DNA of 64,000 bases from Daphnia carinata (Eukaryota): contig NC_081331.1 of the NCBI RefSeq assembly GCF_022539665.2, forward strand, positions 11,594,001-11,658,000. The letters run 5' to 3'. Within the stretch, counting starts at the first letter, position 1. The number at the start of each line of letters is the position of its first letter. This document shows, piece after piece, positions 12,101 through 27,200 of this stretch. Below the pieces are notes generated by a model. That model saw only the letters and a list, made by a program, of their open reading frames with translations, ran no database searches and was not told the DNA's origin. A program made the translations under genes and the position numbers.

Positions 12101-15100
12101 TTACCTAATACAAAAGTTTTGTCTTTCACAATTATATTTTGCGCTATCGTTGAAATAAAAGTTTTCATGCGTCACAAAAAATGATACGTTAATCTTGAGA
12201 TTGTTTTTTTACTGTCGTGGACGTCATGTAATTTTAAACATACCATATCATTGACACACGGCGAACCAACATTGATCGAAAAAAATACATTTCAAACAAA
12301 CTGGGGTGCTGTTTAAGGGCTCGCCATAAATACAAATCAACAGTGACATAGGGGAAATTTTTACGTTTATCTCTTTTTAACATTTGTCTGTCTCTTTTGT
12401 GAAATCAGCAGATTTGATATTAGAATTCGTATGTGTCTAGACAGGCTTAATACCTGAAACCATTGATTTTGATTTTAAATAATGCGCTTAAATTGCAGGT
12501 CACGCATAGCGTCGCAGTTTTCGAGCATGAAGCGCTAACAATTAATGCTAACAATGTTGCGTTCATTGCGATATTTACCCATGCTTGAAAGAAAAATGTA
12601 ACAAGTAATAAACAACGAACCGAATTGCTAAACGAGCCACTATTCTTGTATCTTTTACGTTGTAGAGAACGGGCATTGCGACATCGTCTTTGTTGCTAGT
12701 CACATTTTCTTGCCTCCCACTCCTCCCTCAAAGTACACAACGATAAATTTACTTTATTAACTGACCTTTATTCTGTGCATCAGGTAAGATAAAAGAACAA
12801 CAATACAGTCAGTTTTTAATACTTCCTGCAAGGGCATTTTAAAAACATCGCTTTACATTCGAGAATATTCGTTCTAAGTAAACAAACTAACACATTAAAT
12901 ATTAAAAGAACAAATTACAAAGGAAAATGTCTTGTAGGCCATACCCACAAGAAGCAATAGCTTGATTGTCACCAAACTCTTTTGTTTTGATTTATAATTC
13001 ATCTTGCTACCTTGGGCTTATCCCTATTTTTAAGCGTCCTGTATGCTCGCCATATTCTGTTTATTTCTTCCAAGTACCTGGACAATTTAATGCTTTAGAA
13101 CAACTATCTAGCTAAATGTAGTTAGATTACTGTATATTAGAGGTAGGAGACGCTGAACAACGATGTCTACGTGGGGGAGTGCTAGGATATGCACAACTCA
13201 AACAACATGATTGATACCTGCCCATCGTATGATCTAAAGATAAAAATACTGCGCAGTTGGTTCCCTTCGTTCAAAAATGTCAGTGATTATAATTTTGTCT
13301 CCAAAGCTGATTGACCGCAATCAAACGATTAGAAAGGACCTTACGACTGGGGGATAAAATTTCCAACCGTACGAAAATGAATGCTTATGAATACAATTGA
13401 CAACTCTCCTCTTCCAGAATAATCCCAACTGCCGTAATGATGGTCACGTAATAGGGCCCGTCGTTCGTGAAACAATGCGTTGGTCTTTGTATTTGTTTAC
13501 ACCGAGTTACAGTTGAAATATTTACCTTTGTTTTTATTTACCGTCCATTTTGAATGTATAATGCGTAAACCACCCAAATGTACAAAGTACTTTGTGGTCG
13601 AATTCATTGACCTTCACCTTCATCTTTTATATTTTGGTCTCCGCCCAGCTTGGACCTGTCGTTTATCTAGTTTTCATTTTGTGTCGCAACATACGGACTA
13701 AAATACAAATCTATTATTGATTAAGCTGTTACGTCTGTTTCCTTGCGTGTAAACATTTCGTAACGCCCATCAGCTGCGGTTGCTACACACGGTGATTATG
13801 CACAGAGCCGCGCCCTGACGTGGGAACCAGTTGCCTTTTCTTCCGTTAAAATACAAAACGCTAAAATCGAAAGCAAACGGTTGCTTGAATATTTTTCTCA
13901 ATTCGGGCATTGTATGGTAAGCATTTCTCTGTAGAGCAATGCACGGAAAGATAATCTAGCAAATGGTTACATTTCAAGCCGGGTGAACGAGAACGTTCGA
14001 AAAGGTAGTCTAACTATTCTATAGCTTTGTAGTCTGCTGTTGTCAAGTGATATACTTATTTATGCGCAACGAGAATAGATCCATCCATAAAGGTGTGGAG
14101 AGATTATACCAGGTAGATAGCTACTACGATAACTATTACTCGCGTTTTGAAGGTCAAAAGAAAGTCACCTAGTCAAAACGTTAGCGAGTATAAGCCGTTG
14201 ATTCTAAAAGTAACATTAATGTAGCAACGATTTAAATGGTTTAACAGACGGCCTTTGCTATATGACGCTCGAACGTTTCAAAGCGGTTGTTTATCAATGC
14301 ATTGTCTAGCCTATTATCTAACGAACAATGCACCGAAAAACCTTGAAACAGACGTCCATTCAGTTTTAAATGCTAGAAGAAAAAATACATAAGTTAAGTT
14401 TAAGAAACTGTAAGAATATTCATTGCACCTGGTTACCATTTATCTAAAAATTCAATCCATGCCTGTGCCTCCAGGCTTTTAAATTATACGAAGGTAAGAC
14501 GTAAATCTGAAATAAAATATAAAACAATACACGTATGATATCGATATTTAATACAGACATCAGACACACGTCCTAGTCCACTAGAAGTCTAAAATAGCTG
14601 GAGGGAAAATTATTTTATTTCATGAAAGAGTTTGCCATTCGCTTGCCATTGTCAATCCAGACGTAGCGAATGGAGTTCTCACACGTGCCTAGTACTCGGC
14701 AAAAACTAAAATAAAACAGAACTCTCGCTCAGCAAGTTTTGCCGGAAATCGTACACGTTTCTTGGCAAAAATCTTAAAGTTAGTCATTGAATTCTAAAAC
14801 ATATTCTTGGTGTTCTTTTGTTTTTATCTGAAGATTTACGATTGCTGACGAATTTCATCAACATATTGCTTTTCCTCCCCCAACTACCCAGACTCAGGAC
14901 GGCATGACATCGTGTTGGAAAGGTCAGCGAAAGCCTTCAGTTAAGTATGCCATACATTTTTTTGAAAGATCAGTTTTCTTTAAAGAAAAGATTCTTTTTC
15001 TAAGAAAAAAGCAAAAACAAAAATTTTTCTTAATGACCTTTCGTTCGAATTTTTTGGGGGTGGTTGGGCATTAGCAAAGAGTTATGGTAACATAGGTGTA

Positions 15101-16834
15101 GTTTCTTGTCGATGGGGGAAAGGTAAGCTTCCGTTTTTGGAAAAAAAAATTACGGTTGGCCGAAGGTTAGACGTCAAAACGAGGCTTAGAAATTGCGCAT
15201 TGAGAAAAAAAAAAAAAGTCTTGGCACGTGCATTCATCGACACAGACGTTGCTATCTTTTGGCTTCTTTGCATATTTGACCTTGTTCATAATCTAACGAG
15301 AGCAACTCCATATCAGCAATGACAACGTATTAAACGGACACGCTCTTGTGTATTGCTTGGAAGGCCTATAATTCATCAAATTCTTTTAGGAATTTCAATT
15401 TGTTTGAATTGTTTACTACCGCCGTGATTGCTTATGCTTCATCTGTACTCATTTTCCTTCATCATAGTGCAAAGTAACCTACTTGTTTGTTAAGCCAAAG
15501 AATTGAGTTGTAAGGCGACCTGGAATTACAGGAATGGGCATTTTGGCACAGATCCTTTACAACATCATCGGCGGATGTGTTCTACGTGTATCAGTTTAAA
15601 CGCTTTGGCTCGTAGAGGCCGAGACACTCCGTGCGAAAGCTATTTACGCTGGCCGTAATGGCGGCCATCAGTGTCATTGACAAAATTTACAACCGAACGT
15701 TCTAGTTTCAACCGCTTTCGAGTCTGTGGCAATCTCAAGGTACAAATTCCGCATCATCTTCGTATAAAATCTACCGTTATGCTGTTTGTTCTTAACTGCG
15801 CAACATTGTTTTTTTTTTCATTATTTATTTTGGTGGTGTCTCGGATGTGGTTCATGTGCAAGTATACGCAAATAGAACGACGTAGACTTGATTGATGGGT
15901 CTCTTCTGCTATATTTATCGATTAAAACCTTGTTATAAAAAAACAGGTAAAGAATATTTGTGTGTGATTTAAAATTTTCGTTATTTTTAACATGTGGTAG
16001 GGTGTGGCAGGGAAAAACCGACGATTGTGTCGTATTTCAGGCTGCCAAACGCTAATTTCTATGGCGAAAAGAGTTTAATTGGATTGTGATCAAAAGTAAC
16101 CTAGTTGCTTTTAAACTTCTATTCACGTTTGACATAAAAATTAACGTTGTTTTCCAACAACGTTGATATGCCAATCATTGCGGAATTCAGTCTGCGCAGT
16201 AAAGGTACAATGAATTGACGGAATCCTTAGAGTTAAATGTTTAATTCAATATTATTCATCTGAAGCTAAGTAACATTAGTTGAACAAAGTCAAGATGGTG
16301 GTCCCGATCCAATCGTTATTTCTTGAACTTTCGACTGGGCGGTGATCTTGTTTGATTGACGTTAACGTTCGTGTTGATTGGTTGCCTACCTGGTCTAGAC
16401 TGGCACAATGAGTTTGCATCGCAGCCAATTATGTTCGAGTTTCTAAACAGTCGCAGCGTTTGGTGTATGTACACAAATTGCTCAAGAACTTGGCCAACAT
16501 CCGCCTTTACCTCTCAGCCTGACTTCAACTGGCGACAGAAGATAATAAAATATGCATGATGTGGTTCACCGCAAACCTAAAGGTAGACATGCCCTCATTT
16601 CGTTTATCCAAAATTGCATCAATCTGATAAAATTCAAAGTGACGGTTACGTACAGTAAATGCCAAACTGTTCTAATTCACCATTTTCGAATTTGTTAAAC
16701 ATCATCCATGTCCCGTCAACACTCCAGGCATTTCTGGAACCGAAGTTTCCTGAGCGTTCAACATGGATGGCTATAGCATTGCACACGAATAGCCTTTAAG
16801 GAACGCATATGACAATACCAAAAAGAAATATCAT

Positions 16835-17832
16835 CAGCTGGCCGTTTATGAAGGAAAGTAGCCAATATCCATTAGAGCTTTCGGCAAGCTCCTTTAGCTA
16901 TTTCAATAGCAAAAGAAGAAGAAGCTGTATGTCCCGCAGTTCAACCGTAAGCCAAAAATCAGTATTTCTTTTAGTAAAATGTTTGGTTGTCTTGCTTTTT
17001 TGTTTTACCAATCCTTTTTTTTTTTCCTTTTGTATTTTGTTTTTTCTTGTTCCGGCAAGTTTACAGTTCCTGTGAAAAACGTACGGACACACACAACATC
17101 ATGCAGCCGGGGAACGCCAAGGCTTATTTTTGACTCTCAGCAGCTGAGTGAGAGAGGAGAGCAACAGCCGCTGAATAAAAAAGCAACATAGGGAACTCTC
17201 ACGAGGAGGGGCGCTTCTGAAACAAGAAGCCAAACAACAAAACACGCACACCGAAAAGATCCTTTTCTCACTGGCGCTCTTCGCGTTTGCTCGCTTATTT
17301 TGTTGTACTCTTTTTGAATCCGCATCCTGTGGAAGAGATGATGGTATGCAGCTGGGCGGAGACATGAAGAAAGGGGTTTCTTTTCTTTTTTTGGCCCGGC
17401 TTTCCCGACTCCGCGGATTCACGCCGACCGCGTCCCGACCAACCCGAAACAGCTGAGAGTCACGAAGTCAAAACGACTAGTGTATGCGTACCTTAGTGTT
17501 GACTGGCAAGGATTTTTCTTTTGCCTTTAAGAAACTTGTGGGAGTCTAGTGTATAGAAGCGACAACTTCAAATCAGTTCATCGGATTTTTTTTTTTTTTT
17601 TTTTTTTTTTATTTTTTTTTATTTTATTTTTATTTTTTTCTTTGTTTTAAACAAATTTTCCCATCACGTGGATGTTGTGATCGTCTGTCCAGTGTCTGTT
17701 GTTTTGTGTTGGTGGGTTCAGTTTCTCCGTGTCCGCTTGTGCTACTGACTCTTTCGTTTCGGGCCAGCCTGAATGGGGTGTTCCGCCATCATTTGGAGGT
17801 ATGAAGCAACAGCAACGATCAGCGGCGCACCA
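16835..17832 (+). promoter_or_regulatory. Probable promoter and 5' non-coding exon of Neto
   Basis: Locally GC-rich block with CAGCTG E-boxes at 16835, 17141, 17349 and 17450; donor CA|gtaagt at 17833; the Neto ATG exon is preceded by an acceptor ending at 19791. Confidence 0.35.
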
Positions 17833-19793
17833 GTAAGTTTACGTTAGACGTTGTAGTACTAACACATGTCTGTCGCTTGTCTAACTTGTTTATTTCTGTG
17901 TCCCGCTTTTCGAACTCATCACCACAGTTAAACGAAATGGTGTGTGTCCTGTACTTTGCTAGGGTCAAATAAGTGGACAACCATTTTTTTTTTTGTTTTC
18001 GTGAATCGTTGGAATTGCTGGATAAAGAAATCATTAGAAAGGAAGAAAAATGAAAGGAGAAACTATGGGCTACCGAGAGCCGATAGATGTTCCAGCCGGC
18101 GGCGGCTATTTTAAGTTTTTGTAAGAAAGGAGGGAGGGTTGTGGGATTCTACGTGTGTACGTGTGTACGTGTCCCCCTTTGCGTTTTCTTGCCGGAATTT
18201 TGGAACACTCCCCCTCCGCCGAATATCTTGTCTCTCCATCCCACCGCCTTCGCCATTCGACCTCCTTATAAACCTACACGACACAAGTCTCTCTTTGAAA
18301 AATTTTGGTATCTAGATAAGAACCTACTTTCATCTCTATCTGCTTAGGATTGTAGGCCCGAATGTTTTCACGTTACATCTTTTTTTAAAATTCTAATTAA
18401 AGGAAGCTCTCTGTCGGTGCCTGCGTATCGTAGCCCTCCAATAATGATTTCATGTAAAGGACATAACGTTAATGAGAAATGAATGGTGGGGAAAACTGAT
18501 TAAGTATCGCGGTTGGGAGTGGCTATTGTGTGCGTGATGTCAATTTTTCACGTTGGTAAAGCGCACATCAAGCGGAGAAACAGATAGGTTATGATGTCTA
18601 AATATTTCCTGAAATACCCGAGTCATCGGCCTTTATTCCAGATTTTAAAATGTAAGGGAGAAATGTATGGTTGGAGTGTAGCTGGATTCACCTGTATCGC
18701 ATCTGAAAGAAATTCGAGTCTTATTTTGAGCTTCATTCATCATTGAGCGTTTTCTTTTGTGTGGTAGGGGTTAAATACCTATACGGAAATTCCAGAGGAA
18801 TGACTTTTGTTTCCCATTTGACCCCTCATTTCCAACCATAATTAATCTAGTTTAGCTCATTTTTGTTTTGTTTTAATGAATTCAATAATTCTCTATATAG
18901 TTTCAAAGGCAAGTGTTTCTTTTTTATTTTGCTGTTCTTTGTTTTTCAATTTTATTTTCGTGCCATTTGAATCCGTCTCTAAATGTTGGACTGACGCCCA
19001 AGTTCCGAAAAGCCTCAGCAAAACTGGATATATATTCATAGCCACCTCTCACCGTCCTCGCACACAGCTGAACAGCGTAAGAAAGACACAACACATGCAG
19101 ATGAAATCGTGTATAGCCCTAACCTCAAAAGAAAAATGGGACAAGAATACAAAAAGAGGACGCGCAAAGTAAAAAAAAGGAGTTGAACCCAACCAATTTT
19201 ATCGCCACGTTTTTTTATGTCAGAAGAGCAGGAAAAAAAATAGACGGCCGAGTTCCGTTCCGTCATTCTCCTCTATCATCGTCGTTTTGATGCATCATGT
19301 TTATTTTGAAATACTGAATGAGAGAGGTACGGAAGAGGACATACCCAGCTCGTGAGATCATGACTGTGTTTAAAAATTGAAGAATTCGATTCCGACGACG
19401 GACATCGTGCAAAAGCCGGGCGAACTCGTCATTGGGATATGGTACTGGTATCGGGGAGCAGCAGGGACCCGCACAGAATTCCGCCGTCGCAACCACATTC
19501 CTCAATCGACTTGTTTCTTTTTTTCGTTTGGAAAACAAGAAAGACATTGGACCAAAGCCAGATCTTTGATTTTTGCGTGTATCTTTGAACGTATTCGCTC
19601 CAGCCAAGATCTTTAACCTTTCTGGATTTATAAATCAAAAGGCCCAACAGTTTCGCTATTTTTTTCTCTCGTAGTAGTCAGCAGCTCTTACCACAGTGGC
19701 GACAATAAGAATAAGAGTTAAAAGACAAAACCATTTGAATTAGGTGTGAACGAATTTACTCATAGTATTCTTATTTGTATTTGATCGACAGAG

Positions 19794-22453
19794 ATGGACC
19801 GGATAATTATTACGCTGATGGCGCTATTCAGCTTATCGGAAGCGAACGGTCACTTGCCCACAGGTAAGGAAATGCTCCTATAGGAACCTCACTTGTAGTT
19901 CCCATCTTATTCGTCATGCTGATCACCTTTAGGGTTAACTAAATTTAGAAACTGTTGTTGCCAAACGCTGGCGCGTTGTGCACCTAGTCGTAGTCTGTTC
20001 TTGTTCATTCATTAGTTCTTGCTATCCACATCAGCGAGTGAGCTGTGAAAACTCATCGTAAAGGATGTGTCATCATCGTCATTTTGACTAAGCATTGCGT
20101 GTTCCAGCTGAGTCGATGTTGTTTCGAAAAGCGCTACAAATACATTTGTAACGTTAACATAAAGGTTGGAAGAGTGACCTGGTAGCACTGTCTCAGATCA
20201 AAGACCCCGTTGATGCATCGCTAGAAGATGTCCGTTGCTATAATTTCTCCCTGGGTATGCCCCATCGCCAAGAGTTCTACTCGCCTGGACATCCAGCTAA
20301 TTACCCGCCTAAAGTCGACTGTCTCCTCGTACTCAAAGGTTCTATATCTAGCCTGAATTTCATTTTTTTTTTTTTTAAAGCAAAAACAATAACTTCAAAT
20401 GTCATTCAAACTCAAATTCAGCTGATCCTGGCTACGTGATCCGCGTTGATTTCCGCGACATGTTTGATATCGAACCGCATCCACAGTGTCTGTACGATTT
20501 CTTGGAGATCCGTGACGGTGCTCACGGCTATTCCAGTCTGATAGGTCGATATTGTGGCCGTACTTTCCCTCCCGTCATCACATCATCCGAGCGTTTCCTG
20601 TGGCTCCGCTTCACGACTGATGACAACATCGAGTACACCGGTTTCAGGGCCGTCTATCAATTCCTGCCCGACCCTGGTGAGTCCTGTCGATACGTTGGTC
20701 GTTTTGACGCCATCGAATTGTTTGTTTTATTGAATTCAAAATGAATGGTTTTTCTTGGCTGGCATGCGCTACGTGTAGCGCCCAGAATACCAGATCAAGG
20801 TTCTTGCCGCTTCCAGGTGACTGGATTGGATGGCACTTTCAGCCGGTCGGACGTTCCTGAAGAGGTCGTCAACCATTCGAAAGATTTCATGGTGCCGCTG
20901 GACTGCACCTGGGTCATCACGGTGGCTGAAACACACAAAGTACGAAGGGAAACTCATTTGAATTTTTTACTCTTATGTTTGCTCGTCTTTTAATACTTGC
21001 GTATATTCCATCTGAAAGATTCAATTAAGCTTTCCAAGCTATGCGCTAATGGCGCCGAACGAATGCGACCTCAACTTTATCGAAATCTTTGGTCAAAAGA
21101 CGGACTTGCGTCATAGACTGCGCCATTTTTGCGGTTCCAAAATCGACATTGTCCTCTCAAAATCGAATATCCTCCATCTGAGGCTTTATGCCCACCATAC
21201 GGCCTTGCGGTCCACGTTTGATGCTCTGTTCACCGCCGTCACTCTCTATCGGGAAACTGAAGGTTTCTTTTATTTCCTCATTGTAAATAATTTACCATTT
21301 CTATCAAAGAAGCATTTTTTTTTAAATTTAGGAACTGCTAAGTGTATTGCTTCCGAGTTCGATTGCGAGGATGCCGTTTGCATTGATAGCTCACTCCGAT
21401 GCAACGGTCGCATTAACTGCAAGTTTCGCTACGACGAAGACAATTGCAAGGTTCACTCGTAATTTGAAACTAATGTTTAACTGACGCATTCAACTTTATT
21501 GTTGTTGCATGTTAGGTGATCCGTAAGAGGGTAATGTCTTCTGACCACATCATTGTCATTTTGACCATTTTCTGCGTCACGCTTTTCGGCCTCTGTTTCA
21601 GCTGCTTCTTCAATTGCATTCGGAAATTAAGAGCAGATCACAGCATTTACCAGGTCTTTTACTTACGCAGTTTTTCTCCTAAACTGTTTAAACATCTTTA
21701 ATCTGTTAGGCAAGGAGATCAAGATCAAGAGAGGACCGATTGGATGTCTTTGATGACACGTCGTCAAAGGCTCATCAAACACCAATAGGTTTTTCTTTGG
21801 CTCACGGCAAGGATAAGAGTCGACATCAGTCGGGAAGAGGTACTGCCACAACGACGGATGATGATATGTTCCAGCAGCGACCGCGACAACAAACGTCGAC
21901 GTCACGTTCTCTCTCCAGTCCAACGACACCCAACGGTTTTCTCGACTCGTGCGTGAGTATCGAGCCGTTTCCTGGCAGTGCCTCTGCTGGTAAAGCACCT
22001 GGAGAACGTCAATTTACGGGGACCTTGCACGGCTTGGCAGAATCATCTGGAAGAGATAGTGACGAAGATGAAGATGTCGACGACGATGAGGACGAAGACG
22101 AAGAAGAGGTTGAAATGGTGGATCACGCTTGTCAGACTCGTGAATCCCTTTTTGACAATAAAAATGGAGATTCAGTGTTTCTTGGACCGATGCCGGATCA
22201 ACCGTCTCGGCAATCTTATGCGAAGATTCCGACATCGGTGGCTGTTCAGCCATCGAGAGTTCAGTTTCCTCTGCCAAGCGACAGCCGTTACAAAGCAGAG
22301 AGAACTATAGAGATCGCTCAAAGAACACCAACAGCTCCTCCATTATTGCCACCTTCCTCGGCTACTGATGCACGGATGTTGTTCAGCAAAGCCAATACCA
22401 GCAGTAGTGCGGCTTCGTCCAAATCCGGCGCCGACGTCGTCGTTCTCCACTAG
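19794..22453 (+). CDS. Neto: Neuropilin and tolloid-like protein (iGluR auxiliary subunit)
   Basis: Signal-peptide exon MDRIIITLMALFSLSEANG (19794), CUB1 (FYSPGHPANYPP...CLYDFLEIRDG), CUB2 (LDCTWVI...NECDLNFIEIF), LDLa (CIASEFDCEDAVCIDSSLRCNGRINC), TM helix and acidic cytoplasmic tail. Confidence 0.92.
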
Positions 22454-24206
22454 TCCCGAGATATATTTTTATTTGATTTCTAAAAACTTACTTTCGTCAA
22501 TTTTGCATATAATTTTTGTGGTATTTTGGTAAGGGATCTACTTTTTAGATGATCTCTCTTTTTTAAATTGTGCAGACTACCGAAATGAAAAAAAAAAAAA
22601 AAAAATGCGCCCGAAATTGAATTACTTGGGACCGTCGGTCATCTAAGAAGAACACAAAACAAAAGAACAATGAGTGCATGTGAGTGTGCGTGTCCAAGGT
22701 CCCATCTCATCACTATCACCGAAGAGGGACCAACCGACCAAAATAAATACAGAAAAACAAATCAAGAAATGATTGGAAACAACAGATTGTTTTTATTTTG
22801 TTTTTCCTCACCTGGTTCATTTTCTGGTTCCCTTTTTATTATTCACGTTTTACGGTTTTTAAATTAATATGATAATCAATCATGGTAAAACTGGTTATTT
22901 GTAAGTTAAAAATAAAAACACTCCAGTCATCGGTGTTTTGTCCCTCCGGGGTTACCTTTACGTTAAACTACACACACCTTTTGAAAAATTGATACCCTAC
23001 CTACCTGTATGTGTGGCGTTTGTCACCTGGATTTTTTTTTTCGTTTTTATACACATATTGCCACTCGGAATGACAAACGAGTTTATTGTTGATGTGTATG
23101 TATATAGGACAGTGTATTTAGGAATGACAACACGTTTTGAAAACAGCGCGCTCTTACTAATACTAACCTAATCGCGTCTTGGTTTCTTATACGTGTCCCC
23201 TTCCCTTTCCTTCTTTTTCTCTTTAACTATGGCGTGTAAAACAGTCATGGATTGACTCATGTTGGAAAATACATCAGCAGTGGCCCATATGAGTGTTTTG
23301 TTACGTTAATTTGAGGAGGAAGATGTTTCGGATAACGTAAAAGGATCCGGAATGAAACCGGATCGCTCTTCAGAACGCTATGCATGGCGCGTGTTCTTTG
23401 GTAATGTAAGGCCGGTCACTCGGTCAATCCGATCACGTCATCGCCTTTGTGGTCAACCACCGCATCTGTTTTATATTCTTATGACATATCAACATAAAAA
23501 AACAACACCTACAATGCCTTAAGTGCATGCGATTCGCATGTCCTGGATCTCAACTTGTGGTGTTAAGGAAGATAAGTTTGCAACATAGTTCTCTCCAAAT
23601 AGTAAGAAATTAAAAATGCTATTACAATGATGAAGAATTAAGGCCGGCAATTGAGGTTTATACGGAGACATCTGATGGCAAACACGCAAAACCATTTACA
23701 ATTCTCCGAATTCCTTTGCAAGTGAGTTTTCCCTTCCTCTACATGACACGTGACTTCCAGTCTCGACTTGTTAGCTCTAGGCATTTTCATGCTTTCTTTC
23801 TTTTTTTTTTTTTTTTCCTTTTTTCACGTTGCTGTAATTTTTGATAGAATATGAGTTGGATAGCGGGAGATACAGTCATGCCGTAACGACTAGTGTGCGA
23901 GTTCCGACCACAGTGGCAACTGCGAAAACTAGTTTGAGATAATTTTGTACAAGGAAATAAGGTACGATCAGCAGTTTCGGAACTAGTTTGTTTACATTAA
24001 ATGTTATGAAACGTTGGAAATCGTTGCCAGGAAATAAGTCCAGCAGACCGGGCTGTTCCCTTGCCCCCGGGAGTTAGTGAAACTTGCTGCTCTGTTTCTA
24101 GTTATATTTGGTTATTCTTTTAAGGTATTTTGGAATTTATTAGTGTATTGTAAGTTTGTCACTTAAGTATCTGAGTGCCAAGTTTGTCTTTTGCAGCCTG
24201 TTCATA

Positions 24207-27200
24207 ATGTCAGGGAATGTATCACCAAAGGAAGTTTCCATCGAAAACCTTAAAGAAGAGATCCACGCCCTTCTTTGTACTGTCAAAGGATCTGTATCAT
24301 CTGATCAGCTGCTAAGTAACATTTTTTAAAAGTTTCAGCATTTCTGCCCATACTTAACCCGAGTTTTCTTTAACAAACTTTTCATGTTCTGCTTTCTAGA
24401 GGATTATAAGTCAGTATGTGGAGCCATCTTACCTTACCGTCAACTTGGATTTTCCAATATTAATGAGCTGCTGAAGAGTATGCCAGATGTTGTCTCATGC
24501 CATAATTCTAATGGCAATGTTTTGGTTAAAGCTGTCCTAAAAAATGAATCTGCCCACATTAATAAGCTAGTCCAAGGGCAAAAAGGGACTAAAAAGAGGC
24601 CGCGAATGCTCCAGGCATATCACATTCAGCGTGGCCCGGGGTCTTTGTTGAGAAACCCAATTAATGCCAACAATCGTCCTGCCGCACCCTGGAATTTTCC
24701 TAAATATTACGTACCACCAGCCATGCGTAGTGTTGTTGTAGTTCCTCAAAACTCTACCATTCGACAACCGATGATTCCGAGGCTCTCCCAACAACCTCCT
24801 CCGCAACAGATCGCCGCACCTCTAGCACATCAACAAGGTTACCAAGCATCTCACCTCAAACAACCGGCTCAACTGATGCAGCCGAAGCCTTCCCAAACGA
24901 CACTCCCAATGGCGAAGCTTCCGCAAGTACATCAAAGGCCTCCACCACCAATAAATCTGCAGTTGCCAAGCGTGCATGCGATTCCTTCCACGGGAAAAAC
25001 TGGAAAACCTATTGTATCCCCTCTTCCGATTGTGAGGTATGTGTAGTTATTTGATTATTCACAACGCAGATGTCACATTGTGCTCATTATGGTATTTTTG
25101 TTTCAGGCCCAACAATTTTCATCGCGAAAAGTTGCAACGATTTGTCCTCCTACATAGATTGGGAGAGATTACTTACGAGGATGCGAAAATGAAAAACGGC
25201 AAGTACGTTGCCACTGTCGTCATCGATAAGAAAAAATCAAGCTGCTATCCAGACGAGTTTGCTACCAAAGAAGATGCCTATGAAAAGGCGGCAGAAGTGG
25301 CACTCAGCGAGTGGGAATCAAAATATCACGACAATATTAAAAAAACCTCGGTAACCACCGACGACAAAATAATGGCAAAAAGGGTCGTTGACATAGTTAG
25401 CAAACACTCAGGCGGCTGTTGGAGCGAAGAGTTCGTCAAACTTTACGAGTACTCGTTTTACGGCGAATCTCTACCAGAAAATTGGGTCCAACGCGTTAAA
25501 GCCGTCACGGATGAATTGGAATTCACGGCTGGAATCGAACATTTCCTTGTTTGTATGGCTACAACGAAGAAGACGCCTGAGCCTGTAACATCGTCTCCAT
25601 TTCTTCCAAGGGAACCCTTATTTAATCAACCGCCTCCGTCAAACGAATCTTCCTACAACCAGTCAGTTAGTGAATTGTTTACACAACCCGTTTCCAAGGA
25701 GATGCAACCTCAAAAACCTCACGGCTCAATATCGGATGAGTCCGCCTGTCGGCCAATTCCGGTGCAGCACATCGATAGCGACGTTTGGGTTGTCCATGTT
25801 CTTGTTGTTTGCGCTGGTGATCAGGTAATCCCTGAACTTTTACAATTTAATTTCAACGGTGGACCAGTGCGTTGATTCAATAATTTTTATTTTCACACAG
25901 TTGGCGATTCGTCGAATCGATTCGGAGCAATACTCTGCGTGGGAGGAAATGATGAATGACATGGATCTGTTTTACAGCGAGCATGAGGCTACCCTAACTC
26001 CAGTTGGGTTACTAGAACGCGGTTGCCTATATGCGTCACAAATCGACGGTATTTGGGCACGTGTTGAGCTAATGGCCTACACTGAAAATGGTGATGTAGG
26101 TGTTTTTTTTTCTTTTGTTTTTTGAAAAGTATTGTTTTACGTTGCAAAAAAAATTCTACAGGTAGAATTAAAGCTTGTGGATTATGCCGATGTAGAAACC
26201 ATCGTGCCTTCTTCCGTCTTTCCGTTGGAGAAAAAATTTGGGGAAGTGCCTACTCAAGGAATAAAGTGCCTTCTTCATGGCCTGTCTTTTTTTGCAAACT
26301 CTGAACACACAATCACTACAGAAATAGAGTATGCAAACAACAGTAGTTGATATTCATCACAAACTAAAATGATTTGATTTATGTAGTCGCCTTCTCAACA
26401 ATCAGTTTGTTGCTCGTGTTGTCTCCCGAGAACCACGTGTTTCAATTATCCTATATGAATCTCCCAGTGAAATCAACATGAATGAATGGATCTTGGAACA
26501 GGTTGCAGAAAAATTGCCGACGATGCCGCTAAAGGTTTTGAGCCATCCAAGACATTCTTTGTACTATAACCCATGAACGGAGATTGTGTTAAATTATCCA
26601 GGTCGGACCAGTTGTTCAGAAGTCGATAATCTCCTATGTGTCGTCTGCCTGCGATGTTTACATGTTACGCGACACACCGCAGAAGAACGTCGTCGATAGC
26701 CTTGTTTCACTCTTGCAACTGCGTATTGAGCAGTCTCCGCTTCCGGCAACCCTCATCGCTGATGGTCTTTACCTAGGGCGCAGTGAAAAGCATGGGTGGT
26801 GCCGTATGCGATTGTATAGCTCGATCCCAACCCATGATGGAAACGTTTCTGTCCAGTTGATGGATTTTGGGGACACAGAACTTGTCCCAGGCAATACTTT
26901 AAGAGAACTGCAGTCACTGTCACCCGTTCTGGCCCGCATTCCCGATCAAGCAGTTCGTGTCGCTTTGGCTCGTCTTCCACCGCCATCCTGTACTTTCACA
27001 GAAAAAGCTGCGAGGACGTTACGCGAACTTACGCCTCCCGGATTGAGTTTAATGGTGCGCGTTCAGGAGTTTAGAAATGGAATTCCTGTTGTGGAATTGT
27101 TCGAAAGGATCGAAGAGTCAGGCAAACTCGTGACCATCAATGCCATGATGGAAATGGATGAAAGCCTCTACCGATCAACAGACCAAGTTTCCGTCCAGTC

